The notes under the pieces were generated by a model. That model was not told where the DNA came from and searched no databases. It worked only from the letters and a program-made list of their open reading frames with translations. The position numbers and the translations under genes were made by a program. From a virus (taxonomy: Duplodnaviria; Caudoviricetes): a DNA stretch of 61,997 nt. Shown one piece after another: positions 36,690 through 46,726 of the stretch. The first letter of the stretch is position 1; every line of letters starts with the position of its first letter. The stretch is from the IMG/VR virus record IMGVR_UViG_3300035661_000067, positions 1 to 61,997 of that record. The stretch is one strand, 5' to 3'.

Positions 36690-38320
36690 GGCGTTGCCAG
36701 TTCTTCTGGGCCATGCGCGAAGCTGATGGCCGTGATCGGGATGTTGCCAAGGATCTCCACGAACCACCTCTCAGCGAGGAAGCCGCCCGGAAGGCGCCCA
36801 ACCTTGTTACGGTCTGGGGCGGCGGTCGTGAACACCAGTGCATCATCGGCATAGAAGTTCAGAGTGCATGCCCCCGTCCCGCTATAATTTGAGGTCTGCA
36901 GGAGATAGCAGCCGAAATTGACTGGCATCGGAAGGTAGATCTCCTTGGATGACCACCACATCGTCAACGTGCTTCCAGCATTCCACTCTCCGGCGACATT
37001 GCCCCCAGTCATCACATAGAGTTTGCCCGATCCAATCTCGAAGAAGGTCGAGGTAAACCCGGTATCATGCTCGATCAGGAACGGCTGTTGGCCGGTTAGG
37101 TCGATGATGCCGCCCCAAACCGGGCCAGAGCCCCAATCCGTGCGGCTGCTTCGGAAGATGTAGCGCCCGAAATGCTGCGAGGCGATGAAGGTTGCCGGCA
37201 GATATTGGGTCCACTGCTTTTGCGTGAACATGGCCGCCGTGATGTTGTTCACGCCGTTGTTCGTGACCTGAACCAGCCCTTCGGTCGAGGCATACATCAC
37301 GAAATTACCCATATCCACAATGGACCGGGACGCCACGCAGGGCAGGTTTTGCTCCAGCTTGGTCAAGACCATGCTGGCTGGATCAGTGCCAGAGCAGACA
37401 TAGGGTGTGCCCGTGGTCATGATGATGAAGCTGGAGCCGATCGAGGCGACCCCCACGATGTCGAAGTCCATAGAAAGGCTGTATTTGACCGGCCAGGCAT
37501 GCGGGAAGAAGGGCTCGCAGAAGTAGAGATCCTTGCCAGAGAAGGCCGCCATCATGCCGTTGGGGCCCGCGCAGAGCCCGACAAGCGTGTCGATCGGCGA
37601 GGTCCAGTCCAGCGAGGGGAGGCTGTTCTGGTTCGGCTCAACCACAGGGTCGTGCAGGATCAGCAGCGGGTTAGACTGGGCCAGGATCGAGGCGATGGTC
37701 GCCTCCCGGATGAAAAACAATGTCGTGTTGCCGATACTGTCCGTCTGGCTGCGATAGAGCCGGATCTTGTCGATGTCGCGCGTCACCGGAAGGCTGGTGA
37801 TTGTGTAGCTTACCAGACTGATGACCTGGAGCGGGCTGCAGAGCAACTTGTTCGACAGGCCCGAGGGCTGGCTCTCTTCGCCCGTGGTCGTCACGTAGGT
37901 ATAGACGTAATAGACATCCTCTTCGGTTTCGGTATCGAGAACGCCCGACGACACGGCGATGACCAGCGGGGTTGCGGGCGGAAGGACCGCCAGATCCCAC
38001 GTGACACCAGCCCCGGCGCCATAGTTGACCTTCGGATGACCATCCCCGGTGTAATAGGTGCGGTCGGAATCGGTGATCGGGCCGCGCGTGGCGTTGACCT
38101 CCGTCTCCCATGCGAGCCAGGTGCCATCATATTTCTTGTAGAACGCCTTGTATTCCGACACCGGAGCCGAGAATGTGTAGGCCGCCAACGGCCCGCGTAG
38201 CGGCGTGAGCGATCCATCCTCCAGCATCATGTTGACGGCGATATAGGCGGCATTGTCGGGCAAGAGCCGGGGAATGGTCCGGGGGGTTTCGCCTTGGAAC
38301 CCTGCGATGCGCTGTTTCAT
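36686..38320 (-). CDS. Tail nozzle/DNA stabilisation protein
   Basis: 544 aa; FQGETPR..PRLLP, YVYTYVT..GEES.PS, beta-propeller-like. Confidence 0.75.
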   Translation of the reverse strand: MKQRIAGFQGETPRTIPRLLPDNAAYIAVNMMLEDGSLTPLRGPLAAYTFSAPVSEYKAFYKKYDGTWLAWETEVNATRGPITDSDRTYYTGDGHPKVNYGAGAGVTWDLAVLPPATPLVIAVSSGVLDTETEEDVYYVYTYVTTTGEESQPSGLSNKLLCSPLQVISLVSYTITSLPVTRDIDKIRLYRSQTDSIGNTTLFFIREATIASILAQSNPLLILHDPVVEPNQNSLPSLDWTSPIDTLVGLCAGPNGMMAAFSGKDLYFCEPFFPHAWPVKYSLSMDFDIVGVASIGSSFIIMTTGTPYVCSGTDPASMVLTKLEQNLPCVASRSIVDMGNFVMYASTEGLVQVTNNGVNNITAAMFTQKQWTQYLPATFIASQHFGRYIFRSSRTDWGSGPVWGGIIDLTGQQPFLIEHDTGFTSTFFEIGSGKLYVMTGGNVAGEWNAGSTLTMWWSSKEIYLPMPVNFGCYLLQTSNYSGTGACTLNFYADDALVFTTAAPDRNKVGRLPGGFLAERWFVEILGNIPITAISFAHGPEELATP

Positions 38321-38322
38321 GT

Positions 38323-38841
38323 CTATGCCGAGATCAGAACGTTGTTCACATCAGCATACATGGGCTCAAAGATCGTGCCCATGACATCTGCGAGGTAGCT
38401 GTTCTTCGGATAGGAGGTGTCGGCGGGCGGCGAAACAACGGCAGTCGAGGTGCCGGTGACATCAAGCGTCACCTTCCACTGATAGGCGCGCTGCAGGTTG
38501 GTCTGGGCATGCAGGCTCAGGACAACGCTCGTGCCATCCACACCGCCCGACACGTTGGCATAGACGCCCCGGTCGGCGAAGCGGCAGGTTGTCACCTCCA
38601 TCAAGGTGTCGTCAGTCCACGCATAGGCCGCGAGGATCGCCTCGCCATCTTCAAAGGCCAGGGTGCAATCCACGGAGAAGTCCGTGATCTCTTCAGCGGC
38701 GACATAGAGGATAAACTCATCCTCGGGGGCCAGGTTCGCAGGAATGCGGCGGCTGCGGTCGGTGGGGAAGTCACCCTCGTCAATCGGTGTCCCGATGACC
38801 GCGATGCTAGAAATACTGACCACGAGATCGGGAAGGGGCAC
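38323..38841 (-). CDS. Tail fibre attachment protein
   Basis: DFSVDC....DGEAI...RFA..GVYA.V.GG...QTNLQR. Confidence 0.6.
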   Translation of the reverse strand: MPLPDLVVSISSIAVIGTPIDEGDFPTDRSRRIPANLAPEDEFILYVAAEEITDFSVDCTLAFEDGEAILAAYAWTDDTLMEVTTCRFADRGVYANVSGGVDGTSVVLSLHAQTNLQRAYQWKVTLDVTGTSTAVVSPPADTSYPKNSYLADVMGTIFEPMYADVNNVLISA

Positions 38842-39487
38842 GTTGCTGACCTCGCAGGTTGGACCGGAAGTTGTTGTCGCAGGCTCGCTCGAAAATGGCG
38901 AAGAAACCAGAGGCGCGGTTCGGGTCGGTGAAGGACTGCCCGGGGATGCTCAAGAGCCTGGTGAGCGCGCCGGCCGCAATGGTCTCGCCATACTGCACCA
39001 GCATGAACTCTGGGACCACGTTGTAATCGTCGTCGGTATTCGGCGCATAGGCAGAGGCGACGGGAAGGTCATTCATCACCTTGGGCTTGAGGAAGAGCGA
39101 CAACACCAGCGTTGCGGGATCAGCGGGCGGCGGGATCAGCACCACGCTGTTCAGGTTTTTCTGGCTGATGTAGTAGGGCTGGCCGGTGTTATCTGCCAGA
39201 GGGTCGAGCCCTTGGTCCAGTTGGGTATATTGGGTCGGCTCCAGGCGCAGCCCATCGAATGTCGCGCTCTCGATCTCAAAGATCGTGGCATAGCTGGGAG
39301 CGACGATGGTCGATTCCTCGCGCGAAATCGTCCGGGTGGTGAGGTAGCGCCAGCAGCGGGTGCGCTCGCAGAACTCCGCGGCGGAGAGGCGGAGGGCCTG
39401 CTCCATCATCGGGTGAGGGACGCCAGCGCAATAGGGCATCACCAGAGAGGAGAAGTCATCGAGGGGGCGGATAGGCAGGTCGGCCAT
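38807..39487 (-). CDS. Head-tail connector/tail tubular protein
   Basis: 226 aa; ALRLSAAEFCERTRCW, IAAGALTRLL.IPG. Confidence 0.7.
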   Translation of the reverse strand: MADLPIRPLDDFSSLVMPYCAGVPHPMMEQALRLSAAEFCERTRCWRYLTTRTISREESTIVAPSYATIFEIESATFDGLRLEPTQYTQLDQGLDPLADNTGQPYYISQKNLNSVVLIPPPADPATLVLSLFLKPKVMNDLPVASAYAPNTDDDYNVVPEFMLVQYGETIAAGALTRLLSIPGQSFTDPNRASGFFAIFERACDNNFRSNLRGQQRAPSRSRGQYF

Positions 39488-39498
39488 GTCGTTGCCCC

Positions 39499-40200
39499 TT
39501 ACGAGTGCGGTTGGGCGTTGGTCGTGTTCACATTTGCGGAACCAAGGGCAGCTGCGCGGGCGTCGATGGCGCCCCGGAATTGGTTGTAGTGTGCCGAGGC
39601 GCGCTGTTCTGCGCCCTGAAACTGCGTGTCCTTGGAATAGGACCGATAGAGGACATAATCCACCAGCGCCGACTGCCAGACCGCGATGAGGGGGATGGTC
39701 ACAGAGGCATAGTCGTTCAGCGCATCGGGGTCTGCGGGGGTGCCGGTCAGCACCGGAATTGCGGAGAGGGTCGTCTCGATCATGCCAGAGGCGTCATTTC
39801 CCGGGTAAACGTAGAATGTCATCGGATCTTGGATGTCCATGATGACGTGCCGGACAGTCTTCTTGAAGCCGACCACAGCGGGGTCGTGCCAGTTCTCGCT
39901 CTGTTGGTCCAGAACCTCGCGGTTCACGGCCTTGATGGCGAGCCCGCCGACAGTTCCATCCTCGGTGAGGTTCCGCACAGCCCGCATGATGCCCTGGTAG
40001 CCATCAGGAACGGTCTGTTTGGTGCCGAGAACCATGTCCAGCTTGATGGTGACGGCGGTTGCGCTGGGCTGGAACAGGGCGATTTCCTTTGCCCCGTCCA
40101 GAACCCAGAGAGTCATTTCTGGCAACGGCCAGCGGACAGATGCCCCATCCTGCAGCACGATCCGGGTGCGGGTGAGGATGTCCTTGACCGAGATAACCAT
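39499..40200 (-). CDS. Head-tail adaptor protein
   Basis: LQD...VRW...E, FYVYP, ALVDYVLYRSYSKD. Confidence 0.75.
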   Translation of the reverse strand: MVISVKDILTRTRIVLQDGASVRWPLPEMTLWVLDGAKEIALFQPSATAVTIKLDMVLGTKQTVPDGYQGIMRAVRNLTEDGTVGGLAIKAVNREVLDQQSENWHDPAVVGFKKTVRHVIMDIQDPMTFYVYPGNDASGMIETTLSAIPVLTGTPADPDALNDYASVTIPLIAVWQSALVDYVLYRSYSKDTQFQGAEQRASAHYNQFRGAIDARAAALGSANVNTTNAQPHS

Positions 40201-40203
40201 AGC

Positions 40204-40827
40204 TCAGTTCCCTTGCTCGGCGTCAACCGCAGCGATCATCACCTCGCGGGAGGTGCCGTCCTTGGGGGTGCGCCCGGTCACATCCTTGACCTTGAGCGCG
40301 ATTTCCGCATCAGTCAGGTCTTCATGCCACGCCTTCGGGGGAAGATCGGGATCGGCCGCATCTGGTTGGGGCAGCGCCTCGGGCAGCGCCTCGGGCAGCG
40401 CCTCGGGCAGCGCCTTGGGGATGGATCGCTTCTGCGCGCCAGCCGGGGCGGGTTTCGGGAGCTTGGCGGACTTCTCCACCGGGCCGCCGAGGCTCTGGTC
40501 GGTCAGTTCCATACCCATCGCGCGCATTGTGGACAGCACAGCGTGGCCGCTTTTGACGCACAGGAAGGTCAGGCTCTCGCCCGCCTCGATCTCCAGCAGA
40601 TCCTCTGCGTCGTCAACCAGCACAACACCAGCCTGGTTCTTGCCGATGCGGTAGGCTTCCTTGATGCCGAGCAGGGTGCCAATGTGATCAGGCTCGACCA
40701 CTTCAGCCAGGTGCGGGCCCTGCGGGTCATCGGCAGCGGGGGTAAAGTGGTAGTTCACGTTGTGACCATTCAGGGGCAGGTCGATCACGGTTCCACCTTT
40801 GCGGCGGAGAATGCACTCGATGAGCAT
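40204..40827 (-). CDS. Hypothetical head-region protein with ALPE repeats
   Basis: MLIECILRRKGGT...YHF; 12-bp GGGCAGCGCCTC tandem at ~40370-40415. Confidence 0.75.
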   Translation of the reverse strand: MLIECILRRKGGTVIDLPLNGHNVNYHFTPAADDPQGPHLAEVVEPDHIGTLLGIKEAYRIGKNQAGVVLVDDAEDLLEIEAGESLTFLCVKSGHAVLSTMRAMGMELTDQSLGGPVEKSAKLPKPAPAGAQKRSIPKALPEALPEALPEALPQPDAADPDLPPKAWHEDLTDAEIALKVKDVTGRTPKDGTSREVMIAAVDAEQGN

Positions 40828-40906
40828 GGGAAAACCCTTGGCTGTTGGGGGAGGGATGGAGGTTTACGATACCGCCAAACGTTCGCAAGGCTGGGTAGCC
40901 TAGAGA

Positions 40907-41374
40907 TTACAGGATGTTGGCCGAGTAGATGGCCTTGATGCGGAGGTAGCGGCCCGCACCTTGGGTGATGTCGGCGGAGACGGTCAGGCCCACGCCGCGA
41001 TCATAGTCCACCGGGGCGATGTCGAAGCCAGTCGGCAGGATCATCCGGGTCTGGGCGGCGTTGTTGGAGACGGCGGAGAAGAACTCCACGCCGACAGTCC
41101 GCGCGTTCGCCACGTCCGGGTCGCCAGCGGTGCCGGACATCAGGCCGATGTTGCAGGTGCCGGCCGCGCCGGACACGCCGTAGAAGATCATTTCATCGAC
41201 CGTGCAGAAGGCAGGGAGGATGAACATTTCAATGCGGTCGGTGGCGGCGATCAGCGCCGGGTCTTGCCCGGACACGATGTCGTAGGAAGCGCGAACAGAA
41301 ACGCAGCCGCCCGCATCCTTCGGATAGGGCACGGAACGCTGACCGTTCGCATATTTGGTCTGACGGGTGGTCAT
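40907..41374 (-). CDS. Putative capsid decoration/cement protein
   Basis: 155 aa, beta-rich, directly after MCP; GAAGGA SD. Confidence 0.6.
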   Translation of the reverse strand: MTTRQTKYANGQRSVPYPKDAGGCVSVRASYDIVSGQDPALIAATDRIEMFILPAFCTVDEMIFYGVSGAAGTCNIGLMSGTAGDPDVANARTVGVEFFSAVSNNAAQTRMILPTGFDIAPVDYDRGVGLTVSADITQGAGRYLRIKAIYSANIL

Positions 41375-41412
41375 AGAAGATGTCCTTCAAAAGGGCGTTA
41401 CGGGTTGCAGTT

Positions 41413-41436
41413 CGGGCCGAGGCGAACCCCGGCCCG
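41413..41436 (-). terminator. GC-rich hairpin after the MCP stop
   Basis: CGGGCCG...CGGCCCG stem with TTCG loop on the minus strand; U-tract weak. Confidence 0.45.
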
Positions 41437-41448
41437 TCATTCAGAGGC

Positions 41449-42543
41449 TTACGGCGTCGGCGAGGACGTATCCACGGCCACCAGGCCGAAGTCCTTGCCG
41501 TTGTAGCGGGTCTTCTTGATCCCGACGATCATGCCAGCGGCCACGGTGGGCTCGTTGCCATAGTCTTCGAGCTCTTCTTCCCACATCATCCGGGTGCCGT
41601 TCGGGGTGCCGTAAGCGATGATGCCAGCCTGGCGGCCCATGAATAGGGCGCGCGAGGCGGGGAGGTTGGCGCCAGCACCGTAGTCGGAGAAGCGGATCAC
41701 TGACTTGTGGCTGTGCAGGATAACGCCGCCAATCATACCCAAGGAGCCCTTGAACATCTTGTCGTTGTCGCCATTCGCGGCCGCCGCAGCCTTCTGGATT
41801 TCGAGCCAGCCGGTCGCGCCAGTCGCAGTTTTCATGCTGTATTCTTGGAACAAACTCATCAACAGGATGTAGCGGGTTTCCCCGTCCATCGTGACCGGTT
41901 CCAGGTTGGAAGCGGTCGGGTCCAGCGCGCGGATCATGCCCACGTTCACGTTCACCTTGACCACCAGGTCGCGCGACATCAGGTCGCCGGCCACCATGGA
42001 AGCCTTGGAGGTTGCCGCGCCGCCATACATCAGGTGGGCGGTATCCGGGGCCTGCACGGGGTTGTTGGCGAAGCCGGTATAGGTGATCGGCTCATAGAAG
42101 TCCTGGTTGATGCCACGCGCACCCGACAGGTAAACGAAGGTCACTTGGTCGATGTATTCCGACCAATAATCGCCCAGCTTGTCGCGGGCCAGCTTGCGGA
42201 GATCATGCGCGGTGCGCTTCCGGGTCATCCGACCACCGGCCGAGACGCTGTGGCGCAGTTGGTCGATGCGAACTTCGTCGCTGTAGAAACGAAGGTTCTC
42301 TTCGCGGCCCTTGAGGCGGTTGTCGCCGGAGGTCGGGGTGCCCTTCAGTTGCACCGACAGGTCGAACTGGATGTCATCGCCAGCGTCCGACTGCAGTTCG
42401 GTCTTCTGCTGGATGATGGAGTTGTCGTCGGTGCCGATGAACTTCTTGGAGAAGTATTGCTTGGACAGCATGTCCGAAGCGAGCAGGCTGGACCAGCGTT
42501 TGATTGCGCGGGCATCACCAAACGGAACAGTGGTGGCGGTCAT
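41449..42543 (-). CDS. Major capsid protein, N4-gp56/DUF4043 family
   Basis: WS..LA.D.....YF..KFIG, DAGDDIQFDL, GD.RL.G.EE.L, IDQLRH.V, EE..DYGN, KKTRY..KDFG. Confidence 0.92.
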   Translation of the reverse strand: MTATTVPFGDARAIKRWSSLLASDMLSKQYFSKKFIGTDDNSIIQQKTELQSDAGDDIQFDLSVQLKGTPTSGDNRLKGREENLRFYSDEVRIDQLRHSVSAGGRMTRKRTAHDLRKLARDKLGDYWSEYIDQVTFVYLSGARGINQDFYEPITYTGFANNPVQAPDTAHLMYGGAATSKASMVAGDLMSRDLVVKVNVNVGMIRALDPTASNLEPVTMDGETRYILLMSLFQEYSMKTATGATGWLEIQKAAAAANGDNDKMFKGSLGMIGGVILHSHKSVIRFSDYGAGANLPASRALFMGRQAGIIAYGTPNGTRMMWEEELEDYGNEPTVAAGMIVGIKKTRYNGKDFGLVAVDTSSPTP

Positions 42544-42551
42544 CTTGAGTA

Positions 42552-42593
42552 TCCCTCATGCGGAGTTAAACACGCGCGAGGCACTCATGCGCC
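42552..42593 (-). promoter_or_regulatory. Two CGCATGAG hairpin-loop motifs in the MCP leader, one covering the SD
   Basis: GGCGC-ATGA-GTGCC and TCCGC-ATGA-GGGA. Confidence 0.5.
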
Positions 42594-42647
42594 ATTGCAT
42601 AGGCCGAGACATACCACCCATAGAGGCTTTTGAGAAGCCCTCACATT

Positions 42648-42839
42648 CTATGGCGTTCCGGGTTCGGCGTCCGACCGGGCGCGGAGGCCGCCATCGGCTC
42701 TCACATGCTGAATCAGGACATCGAGGGGCGCGGCGATTTCCAACCTGAGTTGACCAGCGCGCGATCGGATGCAGGTCAGGACAGTCTCCTTGTCCACCCT
42801 GATCTGGTCGCCGGGTTTCAGGTTCAGAAACAAAGACAT
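42648..42839 (-). CDS. CsrA/RsmA-like protein
   Basis: 63 aa; L.LNLKPGDQIRV....VLT......GQLRL.IAAP.DV.I fits the CsrA fold pattern. Confidence 0.65.
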   Translation of the reverse strand: MSLFLNLKPGDQIRVDKETVLTCIRSRAGQLRLEIAAPLDVLIQHVRADGGLRARSDAEPGTP

Positions 42840-42860
42840 GCCGCGCCCATCAATCGTTTA

Positions 42861-43793
42861 TCAGCCTTCAAAAGCGCCGTAGGCTTCGCGCTGATCCTTG
42901 GTCATGCGAGCCAGCGCGCGCTCGTGCTGCTCGATCTTCCCTTGGTCCAGAAGCCGGTTCAGGGCCTGCCAGCGGTCGCCGTCCGTATCGTTCGTCGCTG
43001 CCGCAGGGATGCGGGCCAGGGTTGGGATGGGCTCGGCGCGGATCGGCTCCGGCTTGGCGGCGGGATCGGCCGCTTTGGCCTTCGGCGCGGGGTTCTTCGC
43101 GGTCAGCGGGGCAAGGGCCGGATCGCCGACATCGAGGGCGTAGAGCGTCTGCGCCTTCTCAAGCTGCTGGGTGAACGTCATCTTGGCGTTCTTGGGGTCT
43201 GCAGTGACCAGTTCCACGAAGCGGTTGTAGCCAGGCAGATGCTCCGGCCCGAAAAGGCCCGGTGTTGCGGTCTTCACGGCGGTCACGGCAGCGAGGAAGG
43301 CGGCATCTCCCGATGCCTTGGCGGTCTTGATCGCCTCGGCGCGGGCGTTCTGCTCGTCCTCATACCGGCCCTGATCCTTGGCGATGGCCTTGATTTGCGC
43401 CTTGTAGTCGGTGTCGCTGATCTCGCCATCATCGAACAGCGATTGGAGGGCGGCTTCCTTGGTCGCCAGATCGGCCAGCTCAGCGGTGCGGTCCACCCGT
43501 TCCGGGATCACCGGGGGCAGTTGCTCGGCAACGGGGGCCGTGGCGGGTGTGGCGGCAGGCTCGGCCTTCACCGGGGGCAGGACGCCGGTTTTGGGGTCGA
43601 TCACCGGCTCGGCGTCCGGGTCATCTGGGTCATACGTGTCGGGTTCGCTGTCGCCCTCTTTCAGCGCCGCGCGTTCTTCCTCGGACAAGAGCGATTCATC
43701 GAGTTCGCTGCTCTTGCCCTCATCTGGGTCAGCCAGCGCGGTGTCGATGTCGGGGTCTTCGTCATCAAGCAGGTCTTCGGGGGTCTTCGCCAT
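42861..43793 (-). CDS. Capsid scaffolding protein
   Basis: Acidic 310 aa, PTLARIPAA and helical C-terminus; lies between portal and MCP; AAGGAG SD. Confidence 0.75.
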   Translation of the reverse strand: MAKTPEDLLDDEDPDIDTALADPDEGKSSELDESLLSEEERAALKEGDSEPDTYDPDDPDAEPVIDPKTGVLPPVKAEPAATPATAPVAEQLPPVIPERVDRTAELADLATKEAALQSLFDDGEISDTDYKAQIKAIAKDQGRYEDEQNARAEAIKTAKASGDAAFLAAVTAVKTATPGLFGPEHLPGYNRFVELVTADPKNAKMTFTQQLEKAQTLYALDVGDPALAPLTAKNPAPKAKAADPAAKPEPIRAEPIPTLARIPAAATNDTDGDRWQALNRLLDQGKIEQHERALARMTKDQREAYGAFEG

Positions 43794-43915
43794 GATTTCA
43801 GTCTCCTTGGCAGGGGTTTTAGTGGTCGTGGGGCTTAGTGATCGTCGCCGGTCGCATAGGGCGTCACGGACAGCTTTTCCACGATGCGCTGGGCTGGCAT
43901 GGGGGTTCTCGTGAG

Positions 43916-46216
43916 TTATTGCGCCATCTGGGGCGCGGGTTGGGGCGCGGAGGGTGCGCCAGGGGGGGGTGCTGCGGCTGTCGGAGGTGTCGCACCCATC
44001 GGGATGGGGCCTGCGGAGGGCGGAAGCGCACCTTGCGGGATGCCCTGGGGAAGCCCGCTCGCCTTGTATCCAGCCTCTTTGAGCAAGGCATCGCTGACCG
44101 GCGCGGCCTGCGGGACGGAAAGCATCTGGAACGCGACCTCCATCGCCTTCTGAAACTGTTCGAGGCTCATCGACACGGCGGCCTGGTGCAGTCCATCGGT
44201 TTCGGTCTTGGCCTTGCCGGCAGCGGCCGCCTTTTGCATCGCTCCGGCCTCGTCCAGCCCGACCTTCGCCATGAATGCGCGCTTCTGCATGTCGGCCTGT
44301 TCCTTCTTCGCGGCATCGGCGGCCTGCTCTTCTGGGCTCGGCGGCACGTTCGGATCGGCGTCGGGGTCTTTCTGGCCCGTCTCCTGCCGGATGCGTTTCA
44401 CGATCTCGTCACGGTTTGGCATATCGGACTGGTCGATCAGAAGGTCCATGATGAGAAGGGCGAACTGTGGGGCCACGGGGGCCACGGCCTTAATCATTTC
44501 CACCGTCGCATCGAACTGCGCCTGCCGCGCGGTCGCAGTCCAAGCCTGTTCGGTGATGATGAAGTCGGCCTTGGTGCGGCAGATGTCGTTCTCGGGCAGT
44601 CCATCGTTGATGGTCACGTGCTGCGGGACACCCCGGCTGTTCGTGATGCGGAACTGCTTCTCTTCGGTGAGGAACTGCTCCATCAGGCTCAGCATCTTCT
44701 GCCCGTGGATGCGGCGCGCGAAGGACAGGTTGTCCAGCGGCTCAGCCGTCACCAGCCCACCTTGGTCCTGCCGGGCGGTGATGGCCTTGCCCGATGTCGC
44801 GTTGGTGGTGCGGCCCATGTTTTCGTCGGTCACGCCGCCGACCTGCTGCACCATTTGGATATTGCGGGACATCAGATCCACGAAAGATGCGGCCAACTCC
44901 CGATCGACATTGATGACCAACTCCTTGCCGGGGTTCTTCACGATGATCGCGTCGGGCCGGGCGACCTCTTCTTCAAACTCATCGAGATCATCCACCGCGC
45001 CCTTGTCCATGATGGTCTTGTTCGTGGATAGGACGTGCTGTGCCTTCGAGGCGGCGTGGTTGATCTGGGTCTGCAGGCTGCGGAGGTTGCGGATCATGCC
45101 GTAGGACTCTCCATCGGCGGCCTTCCGGTAGCAGAAGATGGGCGTCAGCCCGAAGCGGTTGTGGCGATAGGGGCTCTCCTGGAAGTGCAGGATGCCTGCC
45201 GAGGTGAAGATCGCCACGTGCATCCGCATCTTTGTGCGGGTTTCGAGCGATGCTACACCCGTGTCCAACTCGTAGGTATGGCCCTCGCTGTCGGCGTCGA
45301 AGATTTCCCCGGTGAACTGCCCGCCCGACATCACATCAGTCTGGCAGGGCTTGCGAAACCAGCCTTCGATCAGCCGGACGCGGGACCGGGCCGAGGCGAT
45401 AAACCCGGAATTGCTGCTGTGATGGTTGCTGCCGTAGATGGTCTGGGCATTCTCTGCCTCGTCGCTCCACTCGTCGCCGAAGTGGTCGCCGGACCCGATG
45501 ATGCTGTGGTCGGAAGATCGCGCCCGGTCAATGGCTTCCTTCGCCCCAGGGTAGGTCGCATGCGCCACATCCTCATCCACCCACTTCATGCGGAAGAGAT
45601 AGCGAGCATCGGAATAGTCCTGCTCGCGGCTCAGGCTGTCGCGGATGATGTTGCGCCACGATTCCGCCCGGTCATAGACGGGCTCGCCCTCGTCGTCGCG
45701 CTGCCACCCCGATTCCACCCAGCCCTCGCCGCTCTTGATCGCGTCGGCATAGGCTTGGGACATGGCGAACTCACTGTTGTTCGCGTCGGCCAGGTATTTC
45801 ATCAGTTGCGTCTTGCGCTGGGCGGCCTGTGAGCCTTCCTTGCGGCGGGGGAGAATCTTGTATTCCGTGCGCCCGCGCCGCTCCGTGCCGATCATCCAGT
45901 TCAGCGTCGTGGCGACCACATTGTAGTTCGTCGCGTCCTGCCCGCGCGCCTTGAGGGTTGCCTTTTCCTCTTCCGACCATGGGTCGTTGTCGTAGAATCG
46001 CTCGTCGGTAGCCTTCTCGGCCCGCCAGTTAGCCTGAAACTCGATCTCGCGCAGGTAATGCCCAAGCAGGGAGCGATGCAGCACCTCCGCCTGGTGCGAC
46101 CGCAGGTCTGGGACCATGATCGCGCCGCCGCTGTGTCCGATGCCCGGCATGGGCCGAGAGCCCCGCTTGTAGGGGATGATGGTCTTGGCGCCCGCCGTGT
46201 TCCCGAGGTCATACAT
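43916..46216 (-). CDS. Portal protein
   Basis: FYDNDPW.......L..RGQ, N.......W.IG.E, GMIRNLR..Q..IN, NATSGKAI.ARQ.QG. Confidence 0.9.
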   Translation of the reverse strand: MYDLGNTAGAKTIIPYKRGSRPMPGIGHSGGAIMVPDLRSHQAEVLHRSLLGHYLREIEFQANWRAEKATDERFYDNDPWSEEEKATLKARGQDATNYNVVATTLNWMIGTERRGRTEYKILPRRKEGSQAAQRKTQLMKYLADANNSEFAMSQAYADAIKSGEGWVESGWQRDDEGEPVYDRAESWRNIIRDSLSREQDYSDARYLFRMKWVDEDVAHATYPGAKEAIDRARSSDHSIIGSGDHFGDEWSDEAENAQTIYGSNHHSSNSGFIASARSRVRLIEGWFRKPCQTDVMSGGQFTGEIFDADSEGHTYELDTGVASLETRTKMRMHVAIFTSAGILHFQESPYRHNRFGLTPIFCYRKAADGESYGMIRNLRSLQTQINHAASKAQHVLSTNKTIMDKGAVDDLDEFEEEVARPDAIIVKNPGKELVINVDRELAASFVDLMSRNIQMVQQVGGVTDENMGRTTNATSGKAITARQDQGGLVTAEPLDNLSFARRIHGQKMLSLMEQFLTEEKQFRITNSRGVPQHVTINDGLPENDICRTKADFIITEQAWTATARQAQFDATVEMIKAVAPVAPQFALLIMDLLIDQSDMPNRDEIVKRIRQETGQKDPDADPNVPPSPEEQAADAAKKEQADMQKRAFMAKVGLDEAGAMQKAAAAGKAKTETDGLHQAAVSMSLEQFQKAMEVAFQMLSVPQAAPVSDALLKEAGYKASGLPQGIPQGALPPSAGPIPMGATPPTAAAPPPGAPSAPQPAPQMAQ

Positions 46217-46664
46217 CTGCCTTGATGTCCTTTTCGATGACCTCGCCCGTCGCAAGGTTCCTGAAATGAGACGCGCCCACGATAAACTTGTCGAAGTTCT
46301 GCGGCATGGGAGGGCACATGAGCAGATCATCGAGCAGGTCGTGGATCACGGTCGCCACCTTCCGCGCGCTCGCGGGGGTCGCACTGAGCCCGAGGTCATT
46401 GGCGAAGAGCATGGACTGGAACGCGACGTGCGGGATGTCGCGGAGGCGCTTGTCCTCCGACCACGCCCAGGCGGTCAGGTCTTTGACCACGCAAGGGGTG
46501 ATGGTGTCGAAGTGCAGGAGGCGAAGGGTCGGGATCAGTGCGAGGCAGGGGCGCTGGTCGTCAAGGGTCCACGTGATGATGGCGGTGATCTCGCCACGGA
46601 CAAAGGTCGCATGCCGCTTGGACAGGTCCAGAAGTTCGCGGGCGACGGGTCGGTTCTCATACAT
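46209..46664 (-). CDS. Hypothetical protein upstream of portal
   Basis: 151 aa, overlaps the portal start; IHDLLDDLL..PP. Confidence 0.75.
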   Translation of the reverse strand: MYENRPVARELLDLSKRHATFVRGEITAIITWTLDDQRPCLALIPTLRLLHFDTITPCVVKDLTAWAWSEDKRLRDIPHVAFQSMLFANDLGLSATPASARKVATVIHDLLDDLLMCPPMPQNFDKFIVGASHFRNLATGEVIEKDIKADV

Positions 46665-46726
46665 GGGGGTCTATCCCTAGTGGGCTTCGGCATTCATGCC
46701 ACGAAATGGCCTGTGGGTCCACCAGA

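Noticed and set aside
40370-40415. 12-bp tandem repeat as a phase-variation tract
   Set aside because: The unit is a multiple of three (ALPE), so it changes linker length only
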